Assembly: GCF_006345805.1 (NCBI RefSeq)
Contig: NC_043010.1
Coordinates: 1,426,001-1,490,000, forward strand
DNA length: 64,000 nt
Origin: Octopus sinensis
Lineage: Eukaryota
Reading direction: 5' to 3'
The notes beneath the pieces are model-generated. The model made no database searches, was not told the origin of the DNA, and was given only the letters and a program-made list of their open reading frames with translations. Each line of letters begins with the position of its first letter. Position 1 is the first letter of the stretch. The position numbers and the translations under genes are program-made. This document shows, one piece after another, positions 51,347 to 64,000 of this stretch.

Positions 51347-52107
51347 CTATATTTATATGTGATATATATTTAGGCATATATATATATATTTATATGTATA
51401 TGCCTAAATATATATACACATATAAATATATATATTATATGTATATATATATATATATATATTGTATATATGTGTATGATATTTATATGGATGAATCGAT
51501 TGGTTATGCATTTATTGTATGTGTGCAGATATTATATATATATATATATATATATATAAATGCGTGTATGTCTGTGTGTGTGTTTGTGTGTGTGTGTGTG
51601 TGCGTGTGTGTGTCTGTGTGTCTCTGTGTGTGTGTGCGTGTGTGTGTCTGTGTGCCTCTGTGTGTGTGTGCGTGTGTGCTTGTGAGCGAGCGTGTCTTCG
51701 CGTGAGCATACAGCATATGCGCCGCATAAAATATATTTTGTTAATATTGCATAGGTCGATATATATATGTGTGTAATATATTAAGTATGCCGCTATCTCT
51801 CTCATTCTCTTCACTCACTCTCTCCCTGTCTCTTATTTCTTTCTCTGTCTTCATCTCTCTCTCTCTTTCTGCCTGTTTAGAACTACGTGTATGCGCGCAC
51901 CTGTGTGTATGTATGTATGTGTGTGTCTGTGTGGTGTGTGATACACGTTTTTAATTTCATATTTTTGAAAGGGAGTGTTTTTGTGTAGATATTCAAAGCA
52001 CAAATGATGATGAATGGAGCGAGGCAAATAATGTATAAATTCAATTACACACTCACTCACACACACACACATGCAAACACACATATTATATATATATATA
52101 TACCCAT

Positions 52108-52150
<43 letters not shown>

Positions 52151-52477
52151 TATAATTATATATATATATCTTTACATCCGTCTATCAATCTCTTTGTATG
52201 TACGAATCGTCCTATGTATCTGTATGTCTCTATGCATCTGTATATGTATGTATGCATGTATGCATGTATGTATGTATGTATGTATGCATGTATGTATGCA
52301 TGTATGTATGTATGTATGTATGCATGTATGTATGCATGTATGTATGTATGTATGTATGTATGTATGTATGTATGTATAAATATATATATGCATAAGGTAA
52401 ATATATCAGTCTGTCCTTCCCAGTATTCCACTGTTTATAATAATTACTTTTGTTATTTTTGTTTTTGTTGTTGTTGT

Positions 52478-52564
<87 letters not shown>

Positions 52565-52570
52565 TACATA

Positions 52571-52635
<65 letters not shown>
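52478..52635. repeat. (AAT)n directly followed by (ATT)n
   Basis: Direct reading. Confidence 0.95.
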
Positions 52636-52875
52636 TACTTTATCGCCATGGTAATTGAAAAGCGATGTACTGTTTTTCGCTCAACATGTAGAAAAGTATT
52701 TCAACTACAGTTAAACCACTTTTTTTTAATATATATATATATTTCGTTTAAACAATATTTTAATTTACCTTAGTCAATATATTATCATTTTCTGAGATAT
52801 CAAATAGCTTTAGTTTGATTATAAATGTTGATACATGTTTAAATCTATGAAATCTCACGAATGATATGTTTTATT

Positions 52876-52925
<50 letters not shown>

Positions 52926-53022
52926 TTTTTGCTTTACCACGTTTTTCTTCAAAGATAAACGTGCTTAGGCTTTGTGTGATATTGCGTTGTAGCCTTTCGT
53001 GTGATTTTTTTCTATTATCATA

Positions 53023-53073
<51 letters not shown>

Positions 53074-53144
53074 GTTGTTAAATTTATTTCTATAAAAGCA
53101 GTTACTATTCCGTCCTGTCTATCCATCCATTCATCCATTTCCCC

Positions 53145-53372
53145 CGCGAGCTGGCAGACACGTTAGCGCGCCGGGTGGAACGCTTAGCGGTATTTCGTCT
53201 GTCGCTACGTTCTGAGTTCAAATTCCACCGAGGTCGACTTTGCCTTTCATCCTTTCGGGGTCGATTAATAAAAGTACCAGTTTCGCACTGGAGTCGATGT
53301 AATTGACTTAATCCCTTTGTCTGTCCTTGTTTGTCCTTTTTATGTTTAGCCCTTGTGGGCAATAAAGAAATA
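53145..53372 (+). mobile_element. SINE family A monomer
   Basis: Near-consensus head, core and GGCAATAAAGAAATA end. Confidence 0.9.
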
Positions 53373-53909
53373 TATTCTTGGGAGGACCGCAGGCGTTTGA
53401 GTCCTTAAACACATCCTCTAGAGCGAACTATCAGCAGAAACAGTCGTTACACTTTGGGACTTGATTCTCAGGCATACCAACTGAGGCTATGAATATCACC
53501 CAACTAACTTGTTTTTAGTGTACCTCTAGGTCTCCGGATGATTGGCTTGGCTCGAAGACTCCGTCTTGCGATTCTTTCCTTCAACATTCTACGGCCATGT
53601 TCGCAGTACTGGAGCTATGTCTCTTCATTGCGGCGAAGCAGTGACTCCACCTGCCGTGATATCTCCATGCAAATAGCAAGAAATAAAATGTACGAATAAA
53701 TAAAAAATAAAATGAAAAGGAAACCGTATTGCGTACTGTTGCATATCTGCCGAAATAGACGAAACCCAACCAGAAGGAAATCCTTCTTTAAAATATCAAC
53801 GATAGAAGTTTTAGTTTTAAAGATAAACAAAACTGATTAAAATTATCGAAAAAAAAAAAAGAATTAAAAAGAAGAAAATCATAGAAACTCCGAAAAACTT
53901 TTTTTTTCT

Positions 53910-54060
53910 GTTTACTGTGTGGTTAAAAAGTTCGCTTTGTAGCCACGTGGTTTTGGGTTCAGTCCCATTGTCCCGTACCGAAAGCAAGTGTCTTCTATTT
54001 TAGCCCCGAACCGACTAATGCCTTGTGAGTGGATTTGGTGGATGGAAACTGTGAAAATTT
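53910..54060 (+). mobile_element. SINE family B, 5' part
   Basis: GGGTTCAGTCCCA...GCAAGTGTCTTCTA. Confidence 0.8.
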
Positions 54061-54574
54061 GGCGTATAGATATACGAGCATGCTAGGGTGAGTGATAAAT
54101 GTTTTCGCATTTTTCACTGATAATTTTTAGCTACTCGTATTTCCATGGTTACATCATTAATTTCATACAACTTGTCCAATTGTTGGTCAATTGCTTATGC
54201 TTTATTTTTATGTATAAAATATATTCATTTATTGTGTTTACTTCATTTAAAAATGAAAACACTGAGTTAAAAAAGTTGGATTATACAATACCTGTGGCAA
54301 AAGAACTGAGTACAAAAGCAAATTAATGTTGTGGCACAAAACTGGTTCATACGCATCAAGTACGGTGACACCAGCCTAGAAGACAAACCAGGTGAGGGAT
54401 ATATATATACATATATATATATTATATATATATATTATATATAATATATATATATATATATATATGCAGTATATGTATATATGTATGCATATATATCCAA
54501 GTTTGTATGATTGTGTATATAAGGATATATTAACCGATGAGATTCCAACAAAGTCTAATTTTCACGTTTTATTA

Positions 54575-54742
54575 TTTGCAATTTTTACAATTTTATAATA
54601 TTGAAATGAACCAGTACTTTCATGCGTTCCACAATTGACATGTTGTCAGTTGTGGAACACGACTGTCACTACATAAACTTGATGATTGCGTAACGCATGA
54701 AAGTACTAGTTTATTTCGATGTCGTAAAGTTGTAAACTTGTA
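54575..54742. repeat. Palindromic MITE-like element interrupted by a SINE
   Basis: AAATGAACCAGTACTTTCATGCGTT versus AACGCATGAAAGTACTAGTTTATTT; inner hairpin TTCCACAATTGACA/TGTCAGTTGTGGAA. Confidence 0.75.
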
Positions 54743-54744
54743 AG

Positions 54745-54940
54745 GTAGCGAGCTAGCAGAAACATTAGCATTATTTCAACTGTTTTTACGCTCTAAGTTC
54801 ATATTCCGCCGAGGTCGACTTTGCCTTTCATCCTTTCGGGGTCGATAAATTATGTACCAGTTGCGTACTGGGTCGATTTCATTGACTGGCTCCTCCACTC
54901 CTCAAAAATTTCGGGACTTGTGCCTAGAGTAGAAAAGAAC
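54745..54940 (+). mobile_element. SINE family A
   Basis: Head, core and GTGCCTAGAGTAGAAAAGAA tail. Confidence 0.88.
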
Positions 54941-55169
54941 ATTGTAAAATTGTAAAAATTGCAAAAACAAAACGGGAAAATCAGACTAAGTTATATATGC
55001 ATACTAGGCTATAGTAGAAGACACTTGCCCAAGGTGCCACGCAGTGGGAATGAACCTGGAACCATGTGGCTGGTAAGCAAGCTACTTTATTTCATAAATT
55101 TGTCATATAGACAGTACAAAGAGCTTTGCGGGCTGGACAAATACATTAATGAATGAAAATGAAATATAA

Positions 55170-57050
55170 TGAATAAATGAGAGACGAAACCCAACACCCG
55201 CCGATTGGATTTTTCTCGAAAACATATTTTAAAAAAAAATCAAGATGAGGTTTCAAACCTCTTACAAGGAGGAGGCACTAAAACCACTTACTTAGCATGT
55301 TTTCTTTCTTTTTTTTCTCCTTAAAGCACAAAATTGAGGTTATAAACCACTACAAAATAATCCAATAAGATGAGGTTTTAAACCCTGTAACGAGGGTCTT
55401 TCACCTCCTACTCTTCGATATATCCATCGATATATTCATCATTATCTTCAATGCCGCTTGAGTTCCTGTATCCCGCCATTTCCCATGCCTCACTCATGTA
55501 GGACATGTAAGTCGTGTAAGGGCCACCCGGCCATATGCGACACTCCCCCCCCCAAATCCTTTAAGCCTTTCCCACAAGGGAAACCTTATGACCTGCACAG
55601 CTATCTGCGGAGGCCATTCGGGATCCCGTGTGAAGGGCATATCTACTGTTTCTTTATGTTCTTCTACAATTTTTCCACCTCCCCGCCCTTGTAGAAAAAG
55701 ATAATTAATTGATCATCTTTAAGGGTGGGGGTGGTTTCTTCCACCGTGGGTGGCACAACTTCGGGACATGCAGTCGGCACATCATCTCCCCGCTGAGATG
55801 ACCGGTTCTTCTTCCTTCTTTTTTTTTCTTTTCTTCCTGGCTTCGGGAGAGTGGAGCTCTTCCGCTTTGTCCGGAGACTCTCCTCCGCCTTCCGAAGCCT
55901 TAGGTTCCTTCGGCGGGCAACTATTATTGCCCGCCTTCTTCCTTTTTAATCCTTTTTGAGTTGAGGAGGCTGAAGCCTCCTCGATCACATCCGCCTCTCC
56001 CTTTGACCGGGTAGGAGGTGGCATCTAGTGACTGCTCCAGGACTTTACCATGGTCTTGGGGGCAGTTCCTTTTAATGTGGCCTGGCTGCAAGCACGAGTG
56101 ACACTTTGGGGGACGTCCCTCAAGTATCACCGGATACCTGCAGCCAGCCATTTTCAAGAAATCTGGAAAAACCAGTTCTGTTGCGGCCGATGGGGTCCAC
56201 AGGGTCAAAATCGCTTTTGACAATACCCAATCGACAGCCAGCAATACTCTTACATTTAAGAGCCTGAGCCCGCCATCCCCAGTCCCAGTCGGATGGTATC
56301 TTCAATGCAATCCCCTTCGGTGCCCGGGGGGAGCCCACATACCCAGGCTCGTATTAATTTTCTTCCACAATATGACGGGAGAAACAGAATTTCCTTGCCT
56401 TCTAAAGGCTGACTCACAAACTGGCAAGCCTTTTCCCCGTTGTCAAACAGCAACCATACGGTTGCATGTTTGACACCACGGGATATATATTTTACAGAGG
56501 ACAAATGTTCTTTCAGTTCATTTTTTATGACTTGTTTTGGGAAGACGGTGATGGAATTAAGAGCTTTAGAATACGTTCTAAGTACCATCGTCTTCTCCTC
56601 CATATCTTTTAACCACTGCTTAGGCGGGTTAATTTCCCACTCTAAGACAGAGTTTTTCTTTTTAAGTTCCTTCTCTGCCATGTCAAAAATCAGTTCAAAA
56701 GTAGTTCAAAAGACAGTCTGCCAAAAAATTAAACCGAATAAAAATAAAACAAAATAAAATAGGAGGGGAGGAAACTGAAATTAAAGTAATGAAAAGAATG
56801 AACCAAAATTTAGAAAGAAAGAAAAAACAGAAGAAGGGAAAAGTAAAAAAAAAAACCTCACAAATAGCACAGACAGGGAATCCTTTGTATAATACCCCCA
56901 AAAGGAAATCCAAATGGCTTATTCTTATTTTTCTGGCGAGATACGCCCACTAGAATTCACAAGAAGAATTCTCAAAATAAATTCTCAATTCACCGTTACG
57001 GTGATGAGAACCCAGTATTGAGAAGCCATAATTGACAATTTTTCTTTTTG
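55170..57050 (-). mobile_element. Tx1/L1-like element carrying only a frameshifted gag-like ORF1 (ATG 56681, CCHC knuckle)
   Basis: MAEKELKK...WV.GLPP...FPDFLKMAGCRYPVILEGRPPKCHSCLQPGHIKRNCP followed by a K/E/P-rich tail; T-rich 5' UTR; no EN/RT seen. Confidence 0.7.
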
Positions 57051-57721
57051 TTCTTTCTTTCTATTCGCGGAGCCGAAAGTCACATCTGCTCACTGTAACA
57101 GTCCAGACCAACTAGTGTTGCATTCTGGGTAAGCAAGCTACTTACCATACATCCACTCCTGCGCCTGTAAACAGCCATGCATGCAGTTTTTCTAAAAAAA
57201 AGACAAACCACAAAGTATTGTCAGGGCTGGAGCTATCTTGGGTCATAAGTCTGTTGTCGGATTGGAACTCACCAGGGTATAAGACAACAACAACAGCAAC
57301 AATAGCAACATCAAAAACATCGGCAAGAGCAGCGTGGACGGCAAACATAAAAGCTGCAACAACGACAATGGTGACAGCAGGAGCGGAGGTGAAAGACGCA
57401 GAAAGAAAGAAACAACAGAAGAACACAACTGGTTACTAAGAAACGTAAGGCGTTCAGTTGGCTGCTCCAATGTAGAAGAGTTGGCTGCACCGGCTCCAAA
57501 CATAATTTCGTGAATGATGAGAATAATAAAATATTAACTGCAAGTGAAATTTTACATTAACGAGAGAGGGAGAGAGAGAGAGAGGGGGACGAAAGAGGTC
57601 ACTGGTTTTGTTGTTCTTTTACCTCCTCCTTTACTACTTTCACTCCTACAACTGTTGGTACAGTTATATATATATGTATATATACACACACACATATATA
57701 TATAAATATATACACACACAG

Positions 57722-57752
<31 letters not shown>

Positions 57753-57817
57753 CATGTATATATATATGTGTGTGTGTGAATATGTGTGCGTGTGTGTAGA
57801 TATATATGATATATGCT

Positions 57818-57853
<36 letters not shown>

Positions 57854-57978
57854 AATATATATACATATATATATTCGTGTGTTTTTTGCATATTTTCTTA
57901 TATGTATTATCCTATATATATCTATGTACAGATGCAATCCTGCGTGTATGCATGTGTGTATAAATATACATGTATATA

Positions 57979-58018
<40 letters not shown>

Positions 58019-58342
58019 TATATATATATATATATATACATATATATATACATATATTATATACATATCTTATGTGCATATATATGTGTATAAATATACA
58101 CATATATTTATATATATATGCACATATTTATATACACATACACATAATTATACATATAATATATATATGTATATATACACATATATACATACCTATATAT
58201 ATATATATAATATATATACATATAAATGCACATGTATATGATATATATATAAACATATATATGTATAATATGATATATAATACATACATATATGTATGTT
58301 TGTATGTATATATATATACCACACACCTATATATATATAATA

Positions 58343-58410
<68 letters not shown>

Positions 58411-58823
58411 GTTTATATATGCGCATATATCTTCTGCACTTTTTAATGCAGGCATGGGCTTAAAGGAAAAGATTTGCCAGCTGGTTGAGTGAAATTCTGC
58501 TAATGGATGTCATCCTGGATTTGCAAACGTTTATCACTTTCTTATTTATTGCGGGGAAATTTAGCTACAGTTTTTATTTATATTTTGTATATATATATAT
58601 ATTTGTTTTGTTGTTGTTTTGTTCTTTTATCTCCTCGCTGTTGGCGTGAAAATACGTATATAACATTGTGTATATAAAGATAAAGCTTAAGTAGCTTCAT
58701 TAATCTCAGATAAGTAACTATACCTTCAGGTGAGAGAGAGAGGAAAAAAACAAAAACCTAATGCAAGCAACAATAAATAAATGAAAAATCTCTTTTAAAA
58801 GGAGACGCTCCGTCTTGTGTATG

Positions 58824-58880
<57 letters not shown>

Positions 58881-58991
58881 ATCATAGATAATTTCTATTC
58901 CAAAGATAATTTCCTATACTGAATAAAATTTTCTCGGATAGCTTTGCTTTGTGTCTTGATAATTTTTTTCTTTTGTTTTTGTTTCAATATA

Positions 58992-59023
<32 letters not shown>

Positions 59024-59232
59024 TGACACCTTTATTTATTTATTTATTTACGTATTACCAAAGTTATTCCTCCTTCCTCTCTTCATTCTTTCCTTTCTTT
59101 CTTCCTGTGTTCCTTTCCATTATATCTGTCTTTGTTTTTCTGAATTTATACTTTGCGCAGAGCCTTTCCTCCATCAGATGCACCTAACCGCCATTACCAT
59201 GCTCGCAATGATATGCATTATCTTGAAATTCA

Positions 59233-59281
<49 letters not shown>

Positions 59282-59784
59282 TATATATATAATGAAAACA
59301 AAGCAAAGGACGGGAAAAGGGAATACTGAAGAGTAGAGTCAGTAGTGTGTCGAACAAATATGTCTTCCATATCTTATTACGTCATTTTAGGTTCTGAGAT
59401 CGGCTCCCAATAAAACCAACTGCAGCCTTCATTGGCACCAGTCAAGTACTGTGGCTTTGTGGCGTCCATTTAATGTTCTTATTTTTTGGGTGAGTGGGAT
59501 GTGTATTTTTTGTTTCAAAATAACCTCAGTAATGATAATATGTCTTCCTACTATGAGCAGAAGACCCGAAATTTCAACCCCAATGCTCAAATGGCATTTA
59601 TCTTATCGACTCTAAGATGAATGATAAAAGTGAACCTTTGGTGGAATCTGATCTCAGAACATTAAAAAACCGGAAGAATCGCCGGTGTGCATTTTGTTCG
59701 ATGCACCAACGATTTACGTGTCTACGACAGCTGTATGTATGTGTTTGTGTGCGTGTGTGACTGACCCTAGCCATTTTACACATA

Positions 59785-59902
59785 CATGACAACACACCCC
59801 TCTCTCTCTCTCTCTCAGTCAATCACTCACACACTCACACACTAAAAAGGGTGCGAGAAAAACTAAATAAATAAAAATATTTTCGCTATATCTCTCTCCC
59901 TG

Positions 59903-59946
<44 letters not shown>

Positions 59947-60170
59947 ACAACACTTCTCTCTCAGTCAAACGCACTAAAAATGATGTGAGGAAAAGTAAAT
60001 AAATAAAATTTACGCTATCACTTTCTCTCTCTGTCTCTCTCTCTCTCTGTTAGTCTGTCTCTCTCTGACAACACACCTATCTCTCTCGCAGTCATTCGCA
60101 CACACTCACTCAAAAAAGATGTGAGGAAAAATAAATAAAAAATGTACGCTGTCACTCTCTCTCTCTCCTT
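59785..60170. repeat. Three degenerate tandem units of about 130-150 bp
   Basis: Recurring GACAACAC..CTCTCTC.CAGTCA...AAAAAGATGTGAGGAAAA.TAAATAAA...CGCT.TC. Confidence 0.75.
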
Positions 60171-60277
60171 CACACACACACACACACACTTTAAATTTAT
60201 TATTCAATTTTCAATAAGGTAAAATCTTAAATTATTGACACATTAATAATTAGCATAATGGCATAGCCTTGAGAAAA

Positions 60278-61124
60278 CATGGATTACATGGAAAAATGCG
60301 AGCAAGAGAAATAATATTCTTAAGATTATAAACCTGTAAAAGTAGAGGACAAGTTATTACACTTGGAAAAGTACAGGGAAAGCTATTGCATCTGGTAAAG
60401 TACAGAACAAGATAAGTTTTACTTAAAATATTGCAACTAAGGATAAAATTGGAATATTAAGAATTATTTGATATCAATTTGCGAAGTAACGTTATAATTA
60501 AAAAAAAAAAAGGTACCATCATATTGTTAAAATATTGACACACTAGAATACTTAAAAAATGAGAGCCAGAAGTACCAATAGAGCTAAAGTTTTATGCAAA
60601 GTAGAATAGTATATATGGTAGGCAAATTCATTATGTAAAAAATAGGAATTGGGTCAAGACTAAAAACGTGAAGACTTGGCAAGAACTCGAGCAAATTTTA
60701 CTGTGAATTTGTTGTTATAGGTAAATTTTACTGTAATATATAACTAATTTCTTTATTATTCTATTTATTGTACTTACTAATTATGTACTACTATTATTTT
60801 TATAACCTGTTTTCAAATTTCTAATTATTAATCAGTAATTAAAAACGAAATTTTATAAAGTGGTAAAAAGTTTTTGATTGAGTTATTTTTTAATTTTTGA
60901 TAGAAATGACAAGTAATAACAAATAGAATTAATAACTTTTTAGTTTTAATAAAAGCTAATATTTTCTAAATCTAAATATTTTATTTGAAATTAGTAGCAA
61001 TATTTTAAGTAAAACTTTTCTTGTTCTGTACTTTACCAAGTGTAATAACTTGTCATGTAATTTTCCCGGTTTATAATCTTAAGAATATCATTTCTCTTGC
61101 TCGCATTTTCCCATGTAATCTATG
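60278..61124. mobile_element. Foldback/MITE-like element, about 850 bp, with 135-160 bp TIRs and an AT-rich core
   Basis: Left arm CATGGATTACATGGAAAAATGCGAGCAAGAGAAAT... is the reverse complement of 60991-61124. Confidence 0.8.
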
Positions 61125-61628
61125 GCTTGAAACGTGCCTCCAGCAGGTACCGTTTCTTTTTTTTCTTTCATATACTTTGTCTCATGCTCTACTTTGATAA
61201 CGGGTTCATTCGAAGCGTCAGTCTGTTTTTCTTGCTTTCGTTTCCAGGGTGCCATTCAGGGTGCCATTCAGGGTGCATACTTTCATTGTTATTCCTTTTG
61301 TATATTTACATCTTTTCCGTCAATTTTTGAACTTTTGTCTACTTTTTGTTACTTCTCATGTTGTCCATCTGTCCGTCCCTCATTCCTCTCTTTCCATCTA
61401 TGTTATTTCTCTCTCTCTCCCTCTCTTTACCCCCCCCCTCTCTCTCACACACACACACACACACACAAGGAGGTAGATAGATAGATAGACAGACAGATAG
61501 ACATAGATACTGATACAGTGATATGCATACATATACGAAATGGGTTCGTTTGAAGCACCTACTAAACTTTAAGTTGCGTGGACCCGAATTAAACTTAGTA
61601 AATGAATAATATATGTAACTTCTACTAA

Positions 61629-61688
<60 letters not shown>

Positions 61689-61711
61689 GTCTGTCTGTCT
61701 GTCTGTCTGCC

Positions 61712-61809
<98 letters not shown>

Positions 61810-62109
61810 AATATATATATATCTATATATATCTATATACGTGAGTGTGCGTATGTGCGTGTGTGTGTGTTTGTTTGTGTGTGTATGTATGTATATTCAA
61901 CTCTGTACGGTGGAATGAAAGCCGAATATGAACGTACGCACCTCCGGATCGTAAGCTAGCGCTTTAAGTATTCCGCCAGTCCTATTTGCTAACCCAGCCA
62001 CGAATCTTGTACAATTGCCCAAAATCCAAGAAAAAATAAAACAAAGAAAATAAAAAGAATTAAAGAAAAAGCCAAAATGCTATAATTTCATGAAATGTCA
62101 ATGACAAGA

Positions 62110-62145
<36 letters not shown>

Positions 62146-62664
62146 GAGGTGGTGGTGATGATGGGGAAGATGATGATGATGATGATGGTGGTAGTGGTAA
62201 TGACCCGTCATCGTCAACTTCCTCCTCCTCCATCATCCTCATCACGATAGTGTTTTCACTTAATGTACACTGCCTCCCTGCCGACTCGACAAGTTTTCAA
62301 GATGTCTGTCGTTCCCTTAACAAATTGTCTTACCACTGTTTTCCTGCCAACTCTGTTAATGATGAGGAACCATCAAATTGAAATATCAGATATCAAACTT
62401 GAACAGCAGCAACAACAACAACATCAACAACAAACAACGGTTTCATGTTCCTACTGTACGACTGATATCAGGTTGTTAAAATAAATATTATTAAATCCTC
62501 AAAGCATGTTAATAAATGTCACTGGTTTATATAAACGTATTGTTTGCTCTGAGAGATTTGTTTGTGTTTACATCGTTATCATATTGTAGTCGTTGTTGTA
62601 GTTGCTGTTGCTACTGCTACTGCTGCTGCTAATGCTGCTGCTAATGCTGCTGCTGTTGCGATTA

Positions 62665-62880
62665 TTATTGCGAATTGGCAGATTCGTAGGTACGCCGAGG
62701 AATATACTTAGCTGCTTTTTGTCAGACTCTACGTTCTCAGTTCAAATGCCTCCGAGGTCGGATTTTTCTTTCATCCTTTAGAAGTAGATAAAATAGTACC
62801 AGCTGAATACTAGGGTCGATGTAATCGACTTAACCCCTCTCCCGAAATTGCCGGCCATGTGCCAAAATTTGAAATCATTA
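62665..62880 (+). mobile_element. SINE family A
   Basis: GCGAATTGGCAGATTCG...TTTCATCC...GCCAAAATTTGAAA. Confidence 0.8.
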
Positions 62881-63568
62881 TTATTTATGTTATTACTATG
62901 TGTAGTATTATCATTATTGCCATTTATGGCAGCGAGTTGGCAGAATCGTTAGCACAGCAGACAAAAAGATTCTGGTGTAGGATGGAGGCTTTAGGATTTC
63001 TTTCTGAGCGGTACCCATGCTTCGGCTTCATCTGGCATTAAGGTTGCATTCTGTGTTTTTTTTGTTTTTCATTTATTTCGTTTTTGTCCCTTGTCCGTCT
63101 ACAAGCAGTCTCATCTTGAATTACATTTATGCATTTTCCTATGCTCACTTCGGTATTGCTCGTTATCCATGTATTGTTTGTCTGTTCTCGGTCCATATTG
63201 CCTGCAACTCTTGCAAGTGCCTCCAACTGGTAATCAAAATTATCGTTAAAGGCACGAAATTGCGTCAGCACCGTCTGGTGGGTAACTGATGGGGAACTGG
63301 GGACCTTCTATGTCTGTTTTCCGTTCGTCTATGCATTTAATATATGATTTTTAACTTGCAATTCTGCGTCTGCTTAACGTTTGTTAATTTACTATACTTT
63401 TTTAATAAATGTGGGTGAATTCGGTGCGTACAGAGTCATGAAAGCATTGATGTCGTGTTCATTTACCCTTGGTTCGGCCAATCTTTTTTCCAGTCATTGG
63501 TTTAGGTTTAGTCGCTTTAAATGGAGCATATATTATTATAAATAATATAATATATATATATATATATT

Positions 63569-63600
<32 letters not shown>

Positions 63601-63699
63601 CATATATATATACACATATATACACATATAGTTATATTTATATATCCACATATATGTGAGTGTATCTATGTGTGTACCTATATATACATCTCTATGCGT

Positions 63700-63900
63700 G
63701 TGTTTGTTCTCCCACTACTTGACAACCGGTGCTCTGTTTTTACGTTTTCTTAATTAGCGGTTTTGCAAACATGTTTGTGAGAATAAGTCCCAGATTTAAA
63801 GGTATAGGAACTGGGTTCGATTTGCTCGACTGAGCTCTTAAATGCGGTGCCCCAACATGTCCACAATCGAAACCAGTAACTGAAATCAGTAAAAAAAAAA
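63700..63900 (+). mobile_element. SINE family B, 3' part
   Basis: CTTGACAACCGGTGC...GCGGTGCCCCAACATG. Confidence 0.7.
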
Positions 63901-64000
63901 GGAGAATACTCTTTATCTATCTTTTCTTTTTTCCTTCTCTTTTTTGTTTGGCATGAATTAGTTACCAGTTTACCGACTCACACAAATTCGTAGCCATTGC

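Overview
AT-rich, repeat-dominated eukaryotic genomic DNA. The SINE families and microsatellite load suggest an octopus or other coleoid cephalopod (inference from recognised repeats, not a database match). No intact protein-coding gene is visible; nearly all track ORFs are microsatellite translations. Real content: decayed restriction-endonuclease-type LINEs (R4/Dong-like, CRE-like), RTE 3' ends, Penelope-like element (PLE) fragments and pseudo-LTRs (pLTRs), a Tx1/L1-like ORF1-only element, mariner and maT DNA transposon remnants, MITEs/foldbacks, several tRNA-derived SINE families, an initiator tRNA-Met pseudogene and a few weak minus-strand first-exon candidates. The most striking signal is a cluster of hammerhead ribozyme (HHR) motifs, mostly in PLE termini: at least four sequence families of conventional type I HHRs, plus a three-copy family whose core strands occur in a non-circularly permuted order, supported by compensatory changes in stem III. 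All pairings were worked out by eye; coordinates of degenerate repeats are approximate.
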